Below are positions 36,058-45,268 of a stretch of 64,000 nt of DNA, piece after piece (position 1 is the stretch's first letter; every line of letters begins with the position of its first letter). The stretch is from an uncultured Nitrospira sp. Its GTDB lineage: Bacteria; Nitrospirota; Nitrospiria; Nitrospirales; Nitrospiraceae. The stretch lies in contig CAZOUA010000009.1 of NCBI GenBank assembly GCA_964582865.1, positions 1,341-65,340 of the forward strand, written 5' to 3'. The position numbers and the translations under genes were made by a program. A model generated the notes under the pieces. It worked only from the letters and a program-made list of their open reading frames with translations. It made no database searches and was not told where the DNA came from.

Positions 36058-38573
36058 CTCGCGCACCACATACACCCCCGCCCGCGACTCGAGGATGGAA
36101 ACTCCGGACGAAATTGATCGTCTCGATGCTCTTGGTCGGCATCGTTCCCCTGCTCGTCGGCCTTGGTATGGCCTTTTGGCAGGGGTCCAAAGAAATCCAC
36201 GAAGTCAGCGGCGAAAGCTTTAAGGCCTTGGCGACCGAAGCGGCCAGAAAACTCGACATTCTCATGGCCGAAGAAATCGCCCGCACCTCCCGCATCGCCA
36301 CGGACCCGGCGATCGTGCGCGAATTGGAGCGGAGGCGCGATGCGCTGCAGGGCCCCACAGCCTCCGCCTCCTTGGCCGTCTACGACGACCTGCGCAGCAA
36401 ATGGGACGCGCAGGATCCCGCCGCGGTGAAAACCATCATGGAGAATTCCATTGCCGGTCTGCTGCGCGAGTATTATTCCGGAGCACACAGCGAACCGGAC
36501 CAGCTGATCCCGCAAGTGGTCCGCGGTGCGACCAAGATGTTGTTTATCACGGACATTCGCGGAAACCTTGTCGCGGCCCTGACCAGCAAGCCGCTATTCG
36601 CCAATGGGAAGACCGCATGGTGGCAAGGCGCGTTCAATAAGGGGATCGGACAGCTGTATATCGAGGATGTCCATTTCAACGATCGGGCCGGCGCCTATGC
36701 CTTTACGATCTCGCTCCCGGTCATGGACAGCCTCCGGTACGAGGCGGTCGGCGTCTTGCACCGCGTCATCGACGCCAAGGAGTTTTTTTCCCCTTCCACT
36801 CAGCCGATCCGATTCGGCAAGACCGGACACGTCATGTTGATCGACAGCCGGGGCATCGTGATGAGCTGCCCGATCCTTCCCACCGGAGTCAGCATTTCCG
36901 ACAGCAGCTTGATCCCACTGGTGACCCCTTTGCAGCCAGGCTGGACCAGCGCGCCAAGCGACGGCCATGGCGGCCGCTCTTCCTCCATCATCGGATTCTC
37001 GCCATTGCCTGAAACAAGCCGCGCCACCAACGGCTCACTCGAGGGCGGCTCCTGGCATACCTTCGTCTGGCAATCGTCCGATGAATTATTTTCTCCGATC
37101 AGGCACCTGTTCACATGGATGACCGTATTTGGCTTTATCGCCATGGGCTTGCTTGCCACGTTGGGATACTTGGCGGCAACGCGTATCGTAACCCCGGTCC
37201 GGCAACTGCAACAGGCCGCCCAATCGATCGGCCGCGGGGAGCTGCGACAGTCTATTCAGATTAAGACCGGTGACGAACTGGAAGCACTGGCTGAAGAATT
37301 CAATCGCATGAATCAGCAATTGGAAGCAGCCTTCGCCGGGTTGACCGATCAAGTCAGCTTGAAAACGCAGGAAGTGCAATATTTACAGCGATCGACCGAC
37401 CAAATCCTCGATGCCGTGCCAACCCCCGTTCTGATCGTCGACGATCAGGAAACCGTGCAGTATGTCAACCGAACGGGACGGCAAGCCTTCGGCCTGAGTG
37501 ATGACCTCGGTTCCGCCAATCATCTCTTTGAGATCCTTCCGATCGAATCCGCGCAACAACAGCGGTTGAGACGAGAGCTTTGGAACCAACAGTCAGCCGG
37601 ATCGACCCGGACGCCCGTGCAGGAAGAGCCGGCGACCGTCGACCATGTCCGAGACCCCCTCGCCCCGCAGGCTGGGACAGCCGACGCCGGGCGGCAGGCG
37701 GAACTGCAGCTGGGATCCCACGTCTATCAGTATCAGTGGTTCCGTGTCAGCGGCCGGCCCGGCGAATCCGACCGTATCGGCCTGGTCCTCCGCGACTGCA
37801 CCGACGACAGCCACATGCAGGACAAACTGGTCCAAGCGGAGAAATCAGGAAGCTTGAGCGTCCTCACGGCCGGAATCGGTCACGAGCTGAACAATCCTCT
37901 GTTCGGCATCTTGGGCCTGGGAGAAGCGCTCCAGGAAGAGCGCGACCCGGCGCGCGTCAAATCCTACGCCCAGGATATCGTTCAACAGGGGAAACGCATG
38001 GCCACGATCATCAGAGATTTTACCGGCGTCGCCACACGCGAAACGTCCGATCAGCGGCAAGCGGTCCACCTTGAGCAAGAGATCGATCAGGCCCTTGTCA
38101 TGATCACCACGAGCTTAGGCACGCCGGATTTGAAGGTCGAGACCCAGTATGCCGGCGACACCATCGTGTCGGGATTGCCCGATCAACTCCGGCAGGCCTT
38201 CACGAACATCATCATGAACGCCGTCCAAGCTATGAAGGGGAAAGGAACGCTGCGCCTCTCCACTGCCGTCACGGGAGAATCCGTCGTCACGACCATTGCG
38301 GATTCCGGCTCCGGCATTCCCAAGCAGCATCTTTCAAAAATCTTCGACCCGTTTTTCACGACGAAAGGCCAGGGCGAAGGTTCCGGCCTGGGATTGACCG
38401 TCGCACGCCGCATCATCAAGAAATTCGGCGGTGACATCCGGTTAGAGAGCGTCGAGGGAGCCGGGACATCGTGCATAGTCACGCTTCCGGTCATCGCCGG
38501 TTCACCCTCGTCAAGGGAGGCGTCATGGACCGCTTCGGAATCACGCGTGTTGCCGCAGCCGTCACGTTCTTAG
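36054..38573 (+). CDS. membrane sensor histidine kinase (Cache-like periplasmic domain, HAMP, PAS, HisKA, HATPase_c)
   Basis: 839 aa. Two TM segments flank a periplasmic region of about 300 aa. HAMP (GDELEALAEEFNRMNQQL), H-box GIGHELNNPL, G-boxes. GTG start overlaps the upstream stop (GTGA). Confidence 0.92.
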   Translation: MTRAPHTPPPATRGWKLRTKLIVSMLLVGIVPLLVGLGMAFWQGSKEIHEVSGESFKALATEAARKLDILMAEEIARTSRIATDPAIVRELERRRDALQGPTASASLAVYDDLRSKWDAQDPAAVKTIMENSIAGLLREYYSGAHSEPDQLIPQVVRGATKMLFITDIRGNLVAALTSKPLFANGKTAWWQGAFNKGIGQLYIEDVHFNDRAGAYAFTISLPVMDSLRYEAVGVLHRVIDAKEFFSPSTQPIRFGKTGHVMLIDSRGIVMSCPILPTGVSISDSSLIPLVTPLQPGWTSAPSDGHGGRSSSIIGFSPLPETSRATNGSLEGGSWHTFVWQSSDELFSPIRHLFTWMTVFGFIAMGLLATLGYLAATRIVTPVRQLQQAAQSIGRGELRQSIQIKTGDELEALAEEFNRMNQQLEAAFAGLTDQVSLKTQEVQYLQRSTDQILDAVPTPVLIVDDQETVQYVNRTGRQAFGLSDDLGSANHLFEILPIESAQQQRLRRELWNQQSAGSTRTPVQEEPATVDHVRDPLAPQAGTADAGRQAELQLGSHVYQYQWFRVSGRPGESDRIGLVLRDCTDDSHMQDKLVQAEKSGSLSVLTAGIGHELNNPLFGILGLGEALQEERDPARVKSYAQDIVQQGKRMATIIRDFTGVATRETSDQRQAVHLEQEIDQALVMITTSLGTPDLKVETQYAGDTIVSGLPDQLRQAFTNIIMNAVQAMKGKGTLRLSTAVTGESVVTTIADSGSGIPKQHLSKIFDPFFTTKGQGEGSGLGLTVARRIIKKFGGDIRLESVEGAGTSCIVTLPVIAGSPSSREASWTASESRVLPQPSRS

Positions 38574-39118
38574 GTATCGGACTGTGGTGGGGAGCGCTGG
38601 CCTCTTCGGCGAAGGAAGAACCCAAAACCACAGGGATCTCTCCGGAGAAAGTCGCCGGATTCGTCCATGCCGTCCTGCAAGCGGACCGCACAATTTACAC
38701 ATCGATGGTCGTCAAACGGATGCAGGAAAAGGGGATCGTTTCTGCCGCGGAGCATTGGGAACAGGAAAATGCCCTCCCGCTCCCGGCCCAGTTTCTGCAA
38801 CACTCAGGACGGCTCGTTGCCGAGAACGGCCTGGGCATCCGTTATCGGCTCATCGGACTGTCTCCGATCTACCAGCGAAACGCGCCGGCAACGGACTTCG
38901 AGCGGAAGGCGCTCGAATCGTTGAATCGCGCGCCCGATGCTCCGGTCACGGGGATCGTCGCCAGCGGGCGGAAGCAGTACTTCCAGGCGATCTATCCCGA
39001 CCGCGCCGTCTCGGCCGCCTGCATCACCTGTCACAACCAGCACCCGCTCAGTCCCAAGCGGGATTTTAAGCTCAACGACGTGATGGGTGGAATTGCGATT
39101 ACGATTCCGATCGAGTGA
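38525..39118 (+). CDS. DUF3365 (Tll0287-like) c-type heme protein, secreted
   Basis: 197 aa from the ATG at 38525 (AGGGAGG SD). Signal peptide and a heme-c site CITCH near the C-terminus. Overlaps the kinase 3' end by 49 nt. Confidence 0.85.
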   Translation: MDRFGITRVAAAVTFLGIGLWWGALASSAKEEPKTTGISPEKVAGFVHAVLQADRTIYTSMVVKRMQEKGIVSAAEHWEQENALPLPAQFLQHSGRLVAENGLGIRYRLIGLSPIYQRNAPATDFERKALESLNRAPDAPVTGIVASGRKQYFQAIYPDRAVSAACITCHNQHPLSPKRDFKLNDVMGGIAITIPIE

Positions 39119-39279
39119 TCAAGGTGCGATCGGCGCCAATACAACACAACAACATGAGTGGCTTGAGAGAATCTGCAAGAAGGCTAAGGAAGACCGGGCG
39201 CACGCGGTGAGGTCGTCCGTCAATCGGACGGAGGTAAGATCCCGGGGCGGGAACCCGCGCGGCTTCCGCGAAGAAGGAG

Positions 39280-39723
39280 TTATCCGTTCGACTCTTTGTC
39301 GAGCACCACCACATGCTTGGCCCGATGGGACGCGAGGTCGCGGACCGCTCCGGCCAACTTGGGCAATTCATCCGGCCACGCCGTCACGCTCATATCGGTC
39401 GTACCCTGAATCTTCGCGCCCTCCTCCATCATCAACACCGGCGTATGCACCTCGCCGATCAGGATGGCGGTCTTGAGCAGCTGCACCCGTTCCACCGCTG
39501 TCACCGTGGCCTTGATTCGACCGCTGCTGACCAGCGTCCCTGCGGCGATCGTGCCCTGGACCAACCCGTCTTCGCCGACGATGACCTGCCCTTTGGTGTG
39601 GATGTCCCCATCGAGACGGCCGTCGATCCGCACGGTCCCCTCGACACGGATTTCTCCCCTCAGCTGCACCCCTTTCGCCAAGAGCGTGATGTTGTCGTCG
39701 CCCCCGAACCCGTTCTTCTTCAT
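39280..39723 (-). CDS. bactofilin (polymer-forming cytoskeletal protein, DUF583)
   Basis: 147 aa. Beta-helical repeat pattern G.I...G.V.I.G...G.I (EIRVEGTVRIDGRLDGDIHTKGQVIVGEDGLVQGTI). Confidence 0.88.
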   Translation of the reverse strand: MKKNGFGGDDNITLLAKGVQLRGEIRVEGTVRIDGRLDGDIHTKGQVIVGEDGLVQGTIAAGTLVSSGRIKATVTAVERVQLLKTAILIGEVHTPVLMMEEGAKIQGTTDMSVTAWPDELPKLAGAVRDLASHRAKHVVVLDKESNG

Positions 39724-39845
39724 GCCAAGCTCCTCCCTGCTACAATCTGACCGTCAGCTTACACCAACCCTCCCGAGAGCACCTAGCAGATTGTTGAATT
39801 ACTGTTCGCGCCGGCAGCCATGCGCGACCCTGCCTTATGATCCGA

Positions 39846-42170
39846 TCACGGAAATCCGAACGTGTGCCGGAGGCGTTCCCAGATTCCACCGCCGTGGACT
39901 TCGCAATAGACGTTCGGCTCCGTGCCTTCGATGAAGACTTCGTCGGCTTGCTCGGGGCACTGCGAAGTGGCCAGCTGCCCGGTCTTCGGATCGATCGCCC
40001 GCACGATGACGCCTGAGGGCTGAAGAAACGGCGGTGCGTGCTCGGGCAACATCCGTTTGGCGATGTCGATCCATATCGGCAGCGCCGCTTGAGCGCCGGT
40101 CAATCGTACCGCCCGTTCATCGTCGAACCCCACCCACACACCGATGACCACCTCCGGCGTGTACCCGACATACCAGGCGTCGCGATACCCATCGGTCGTT
40201 CCCGTCTTTCCGGCAACGGCACCGGCAAGACCCAACACTTTGGCTTTTGTCGCAGTTCCACGCTGAATCACGCCTTCCAGCAGGGAGGTGACAAGATACG
40301 CCGCCTGCGGAGACACCGCCTGCCGGCGGTCGGAAGTCACGCTCCACAAGGCTGTGCCTTCCCGATCCGACGTGGCACGCACGCTCGTCGGGCGAACCCA
40401 GATACCTCCGTTGGCCACCGTTCCATAGGCCGCCGCCATTTCCAGCAACGACACAGCGGGGCTTCCTAATGCCACGGAAAGATCATCGGGCAACGCGGCT
40501 GTCACACCCAGCTGACGGATTACGTCGATGATCGCCTGGGTCCCGACTGTTTTTGCCACGCGCACCGCCGGAACATTGAGCGATTGTTCCAGCGCGTGAC
40601 GCAGCGTCACATTGCCCCGGAACTGACGGTCATAATTTTGAGGAGACCATGTTCCATTGTCCGACTCGAACGTGACCGGCTCATCGGCGATAAGACTGGC
40701 CGGCGTCAGGTATGGTTGTTTTCCCATTCGACTCGCCTCAAACGCCGCGAGATAGACGAACGGCTTGAAGAGCGAGCCGGCTTGACGGTGCGCTTGCACG
40801 GCGCGGTTGAACTGACTGACACGGTAGTCCCGTCCCCCGACCAGGGCAAGGATCGCCCCTGTCGATGGTTCAAGCACCACCACGGCTCCCTGTAACGACT
40901 GCTCAGCGCCCTTGAGCACCGGATACGCCCGTTCGAGCCTGGCCAGCCCTTGCTCCAAACTCTCAGCCGCAACCTGCTGCACCAGTGGATCGAGGGTGCT
41001 GTCGATGCGCAATCCTTCCGGCAACGGCGGGCCGATGGCTTCTTCAACCTGCCTCAACACCGTATCCACGAAATAGGGCGCATCCGCCAACGCATCGTCC
41101 GGAGGCGCCACCATCACCGGCTGATTGACGGCGCTTTTCCATTCATCCTCCGTCAGATGGCCGAGATCGCGCAGGAGACGCAACACCACATCGCGGCGCT
41201 GCTGAGCCAACGTGAGATGCTTCGTGGGGGCAAAGGTGTTCGGTCCCTTGATCAAGCCGGCAATCGTCGCAATCTCGCCAACCGTCAGTTCAGACAGTGA
41301 CTTCCCGAAATACCGATGAGCGGCCTCCCCCACTCCGTAAATCGAAACGAATCCGGCTTGCCCCAAATAGATCTCGTTCAAGTAACTTTCGAGGATGTCC
41401 TGCTTCCGGTATTTCGTCTCCAGCACCACGGCGGCGAGTGCTTCTTTCACTTTTCGAGCGAACGTCCGCTGCGGCGAGTAAAAGAGATTTTTCGCCAGTT
41501 GCTGAGTGATCGTGCTGCCTCCCTGCACGAGCCCGCCCTTAGTCAAATTTCGCCACACCGCCCGCCCGATCGCAACGGGGTCAATGCCGACATGCGAATA
41601 GAATCGACGGTCCTCCACCGCCAATACCGTGTCGATCAAGCGGGGCGGAATCCGAGACAACGGAATCCATTCCCGCACTTGGCGCGAAGCGCCGCGTAAC
41701 CCACTGATGAGTTCCGGTTCGAGAAACACGGGAAAGATCGGACTCCGATCCGGCTCGGACAGCACCTGAGTGACGCGCCCTTCCTCCAGCTCCAGCGTGA
41801 CGATGCTGGCTTTCGTCAGGTTCTCGGGCTGCGCATGCAGATAAATCGTGAGATGGTTCGGCGCAAGCTGATAGTCGCCGGGCGACGCCACCGGGCCGCC
41901 GACTGCGCGGTACCCGAGCCGCTGCAATCGCTCCGGCAATCGGGCTGCGTTGACGGAAAGATCCGCTTTCAACTGGAACGGAGCCGTATAGAGGCGGAGC
42001 GGCGGGTGATCTTCACTCTTGGGTAATTCGAGAAACGTCGCGAGGTATGCTCCGTAGACGACGAGACCGGCGATCAGGGCCACGAACATGCCGCCGAAAA
42101 CGAGCCCCCCGCGAAACACCCAAGGTGAGCGCAGGATGTGACGAAGCCATGGGAGCATCTGGTTCAGCAT
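39846..42170 (-). CDS. mrcA: class A penicillin-binding protein (glycosyltransferase GT51 + transpeptidase)
   Basis: GT51 motifs EDRRFYSHVGIDP, GGSTITQQL and RKVKE. Transpeptidase motifs SLFKP (SxxK) and KTGTT. ATG at 42170; the ORF-track start at 42182 is TTG. Confidence 0.93.
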   Translation of the reverse strand: MLNQMLPWLRHILRSPWVFRGGLVFGGMFVALIAGLVVYGAYLATFLELPKSEDHPPLRLYTAPFQLKADLSVNAARLPERLQRLGYRAVGGPVASPGDYQLAPNHLTIYLHAQPENLTKASIVTLELEEGRVTQVLSEPDRSPIFPVFLEPELISGLRGASRQVREWIPLSRIPPRLIDTVLAVEDRRFYSHVGIDPVAIGRAVWRNLTKGGLVQGGSTITQQLAKNLFYSPQRTFARKVKEALAAVVLETKYRKQDILESYLNEIYLGQAGFVSIYGVGEAAHRYFGKSLSELTVGEIATIAGLIKGPNTFAPTKHLTLAQQRRDVVLRLLRDLGHLTEDEWKSAVNQPVMVAPPDDALADAPYFVDTVLRQVEEAIGPPLPEGLRIDSTLDPLVQQVAAESLEQGLARLERAYPVLKGAEQSLQGAVVVLEPSTGAILALVGGRDYRVSQFNRAVQAHRQAGSLFKPFVYLAAFEASRMGKQPYLTPASLIADEPVTFESDNGTWSPQNYDRQFRGNVTLRHALEQSLNVPAVRVAKTVGTQAIIDVIRQLGVTAALPDDLSVALGSPAVSLLEMAAAYGTVANGGIWVRPTSVRATSDREGTALWSVTSDRRQAVSPQAAYLVTSLLEGVIQRGTATKAKVLGLAGAVAGKTGTTDGYRDAWYVGYTPEVVIGVWVGFDDERAVRLTGAQAALPIWIDIAKRMLPEHAPPFLQPSGVIVRAIDPKTGQLATSQCPEQADEVFIEGTEPNVYCEVHGGGIWERLRHTFGFP

Positions 42171-42234
42171 ACGCGAGCGCAAGAGGGAAAGCGACGATGC
42201 CGCAGTACGATGAGCGGTCGAAGCGTTGGGAAGG

Positions 42235-43650
42235 CTATGCCCGGTCTTTCGAAACGGCAGAAAGATGCGAGCCCGCGACCATGCCGAGCGCGGCCATCAA
42301 TAATCCCACGAGTTGGGCCGGCCAGACAGGGCTATCCGGACCAAACATCTCGAGGCCCAGCCAGGCGGTCAACCCTGCGGCAATGGCACAGAGCGCTCCT
42401 CCGGTCGTGGCCCGCTTCCAAAACAGCCCCGCACACAACGGAACGAAGGCAGCCACCAACGTGACTTTGTACGTATTCACGACCAGCTTGTAGATGCTTG
42501 AATCGGAACTGAGCGCGATCGCCAGCACCACGGCGGCAAAACAGACGAGCACGATCCGCATGGTCCGCAACAGGGCCCAGTCATCCATCTGCGGCAGGAC
42601 CCCTTTGATCACGTTCTCGCTCAAGATCACCGACGGCGCCAGGAGCGTCGCGCTCGAACAACTCATGACCGCAGAGAGCACCGCCCCGAAAAATACGACC
42701 TGCGCAAAGGCGGGAGTATGTTCGACGATCAGCGTCGGTAGCACCAGCTGGGAATCCTGTTCCAACAAGGCTCCGAACTTCACCGGATCGACCAGCAACG
42801 CCGAGTAGGCGATAAACATGGGCACAAAACAGAAGCAGAAGTACAACAGGGCGCCCATCAGCGATCCGCGAACCGCGGTTCGTTCATCCTTTGCCGAGGT
42901 AATGCGCTGAAACACGTCCTGCTGCGGGATCGAACCGAGCATCATCGTCACCCAGGCTCCGATGAACGGAATCCAGCCATTCAGCGAGGCCGGGGGAAAG
43001 AACTCCAGTTTTCCGGCCTGCGCGGCATGGGCAATGACCGCCCCCACACCGCCGGTCAGATCGCTCATCACACTCACGATGTAGAGCAACCCGCCGATGA
43101 TGACGGAGATCTGTACGAAATCGAGGATCGCGACGGAAAACATGCCCCCGAAGGTCGTATAGGTCAGGACGATCAACGCGCCGATCACCATACCGAGCTT
43201 CTGGCTCACCGCTCCATCCGTAACGACGTTCAGCACCAATCCGAGGACTTTGAATTGCGCAGCGACCCATCCGAGATAGGAGGCGACGATACAGAGCGTA
43301 CAGAGGACTTCCACGCGACGGTCGTACCGAAGCCGGTAGTAGTCGCCGACGGTCAGCAGATTGAGCCGATAGAAGCGCGGTGCAAAAAAGAGTCCTGCAA
43401 TAACGAGACAGAGACTGGAACCAAACGGATCGGCAACCACCCCGCGCAGGCCCTCCTTGGCAAACGTCGCCGAAATTCCCATGACCGCTTCGGCACCGAA
43501 CCACGTGGCAAACACCGTAGCCATGACGACGGGAAGCGGGAGACTCCGCCCGGCAACGGCAAAGTCCTTCGCATTGTGCACGCGGGTTGCAGCATAGAGT
43601 CCGATGCCGACTGAGACGAGGAGATAGAGAATGACAAAGATGAGGATCAT
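42235..43650 (-). CDS. sodium:solute symporter family transporter
   Basis: 471 aa with about 13 TM helices. N-terminus ..DFAVAGRSLPL..ATWFGAE is typical of SSS (SLC5-like) proteins. Substrate unknown. Confidence 0.9.
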   Translation of the reverse strand: MILIFVILYLLVSVGIGLYAATRVHNAKDFAVAGRSLPLPVVMATVFATWFGAEAVMGISATFAKEGLRGVVADPFGSSLCLVIAGLFFAPRFYRLNLLTVGDYYRLRYDRRVEVLCTLCIVASYLGWVAAQFKVLGLVLNVVTDGAVSQKLGMVIGALIVLTYTTFGGMFSVAILDFVQISVIIGGLLYIVSVMSDLTGGVGAVIAHAAQAGKLEFFPPASLNGWIPFIGAWVTMMLGSIPQQDVFQRITSAKDERTAVRGSLMGALLYFCFCFVPMFIAYSALLVDPVKFGALLEQDSQLVLPTLIVEHTPAFAQVVFFGAVLSAVMSCSSATLLAPSVILSENVIKGVLPQMDDWALLRTMRIVLVCFAAVVLAIALSSDSSIYKLVVNTYKVTLVAAFVPLCAGLFWKRATTGGALCAIAAGLTAWLGLEMFGPDSPVWPAQLVGLLMAALGMVAGSHLSAVSKDRA

Positions 43651-43773
43651 GCAGGAATCGATGACGGGTCAGGTTGGAATCGCAGTGTACCGTTGCACGG
43701 ACGAAGGCGCAACATCGCGCAAGGCCGGCACGGGGACCTGCCTTGCGACGGCCCCCCGCTACGGGTGACCGAA

Positions 43774-44130
43774 CTAGTTCTTGCCGTCCTTCTTGTCCTG
43801 CCCGTCGTGATGTTCGTCCTTATCGACGCCCTTTTCCTTGTCATGGCCCTGCTTGCGAGCCTTCTTCTCGGCTTTGCGCGCGGCCTTGCGGCGCTCTTTT
43901 TCCGCCTTCCGCTCCGCCCTGTCACGGCGCCGCTCCCCACCCATCTTCTTGTCTCCCTCCTGCTTCATCTCCCCGGAAGAAGGAGCCGGAGTCGGAGCCG
44001 GCGCGGGAGCAGGGGCCGGAACAGAGGCTGGTGGTGCGGACGGCGCTGGAGCCGGCTCCTGAGCGAATGTCGTGAGCCCGAATGCCAAAGCGATGAGCAC
44101 GGTTGAGAGTTGCACGGTCGCGCGATTCAT
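43774..44130 (-). CDS. secreted low-complexity protein (PA-rich linker, K/E/R-rich tail)
   Basis: 118 aa from the ATG at 44130 (GAAGGAGGA SD). Signal peptide ..LTTFAQE, (PA)n tract, then a highly charged KERRKAARKAEKKARK region. Confidence 0.55.
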   Translation of the reverse strand: MNRATVQLSTVLIALAFGLTTFAQEPAPAPSAPPASVPAPAPAPAPTPAPSSGEMKQEGDKKMGGERRRDRAERKAEKERRKAARKAEKKARKQGHDKEKGVDKDEHHDGQDKKDGKN

Positions 44131-44437
44131 CGTTGAGTCCTCCTTCGGCGCAAGAAATGAGGGAGGCTCTCTCCCTCCCGTCCGCTTATTCGGCACACGT
44201 TCTCGCAAGAAAGAAGTGCCTTGTCAACTCCGAGAGAACCCCGCGTACGATTCATCGGAGAAATCGCACCGGCAAATATGGCACTTCGCGCTGAAGCCGG
44301 GGCCGGAGCTTATCCCCTCGTTACTCTGCGCATCCCGCCTTCCTGCGCGCAGACTCCTAAAAAACTGTTGAGCTTCTCCGCCGGGTATCATATTGTGGGC
44401 GCAGATCTTTTTGAAATTCTTCACGAAAGGACAGGTC

Positions 44438-45112
44438 ATGCGGACTCTCATCGCTCTCGTATTCGCATTGTGTTTCATCGGGCTAGAAACGCCGGCCACG
44501 GCGGCCGATCCGACCACCGACGACCAAAAAACCCTCTATGCGCTTGGGCTCGCCATCAGCCAATCGCTGGGCGCATTTACCCTCAATGAGTCCGAGCTCG
44601 AAATGGTGAAGACAGGCATCACCGACGGCGTGCTGAAGAAGCCGCACAAAGTCGACCTGCAAGCCTTCGGGCCCAAGATCCAGCAGCTCCAACAGGCGCG
44701 CGTGGGCGCGCTTGCCGAGGGTGAAAAGAAGGCGGGCGCGGCCTATATGGTGAAAGCAGCGGCTGAAGCGGGCGCCAAGAAGACCGAGTCCGGCATCATC
44801 ATCACGACGATTAAAGAAGGAAAAGGCGCAGCCCCGAAAGCGACCGACACCGTGAAGGTCCACTACCACGGAACGCTCGTCGACGGAACGGTCTTCGACA
44901 GCTCCGTAAAGCGAGGCGAACCGGCGACCTTCGCTCTCAATCAAGTCATCAAGTGTTGGACGGAAGGCGTCCAGCAGATGAAAGTCGGGAGCAAGAGCAA
45001 GATGGTCTGCCCCTCTTCGCTTGCCTACGGCGACCGAGGCGCCCCACCGAACATCAAACCTGGCGCGACCCTGGTCTTTGAAGTGGAACTCCTCGAAATC
45101 GTCACGAAGTAG
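44438..45112 (+). CDS. fkpA: periplasmic FKBP-type peptidyl-prolyl cis-trans isomerase (FkpA-like)
   Basis: 224 aa from the ATG at 44438. Signal peptide, N-terminal dimerisation helices, and an FKBP domain VKVHYHGTLVDGTVFDSS..LAYGDRG..IKPGATLVFEVELL. Confidence 0.9.
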   Translation: MRTLIALVFALCFIGLETPATAADPTTDDQKTLYALGLAISQSLGAFTLNESELEMVKTGITDGVLKKPHKVDLQAFGPKIQQLQQARVGALAEGEKKAGAAYMVKAAAEAGAKKTESGIIITTIKEGKGAAPKATDTVKVHYHGTLVDGTVFDSSVKRGEPATFALNQVIKCWTEGVQQMKVGSKSKMVCPSSLAYGDRGAPPNIKPGATLVFEVELLEIVTK

Positions 45113-45127
45113 CGGTTCATGAACTCG

Positions 45128-45163
45128 GGCAAGGCCGGGCGGACCAAAGTTCGCCCGGCCTTG
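45128..45163 (+). terminator. putative intrinsic terminator after fkpA
   Basis: gcaaggccgggcg / 10-nt loop / cgcccggccttgc, a 13-bp perfect stem 15 nt after the stop. Only a weak T-rich tail (agttat). Confidence 0.5.
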
Positions 45164-45268
45164 CAGTTATCCCGGCTGGCACCGTACACTTCCCTATCAC
45201 GATCTCGCCCGGTCTGACCGCCTGCTCGATCGTCCGACACAAACCATCATTTACCGTTTCATTCAATT

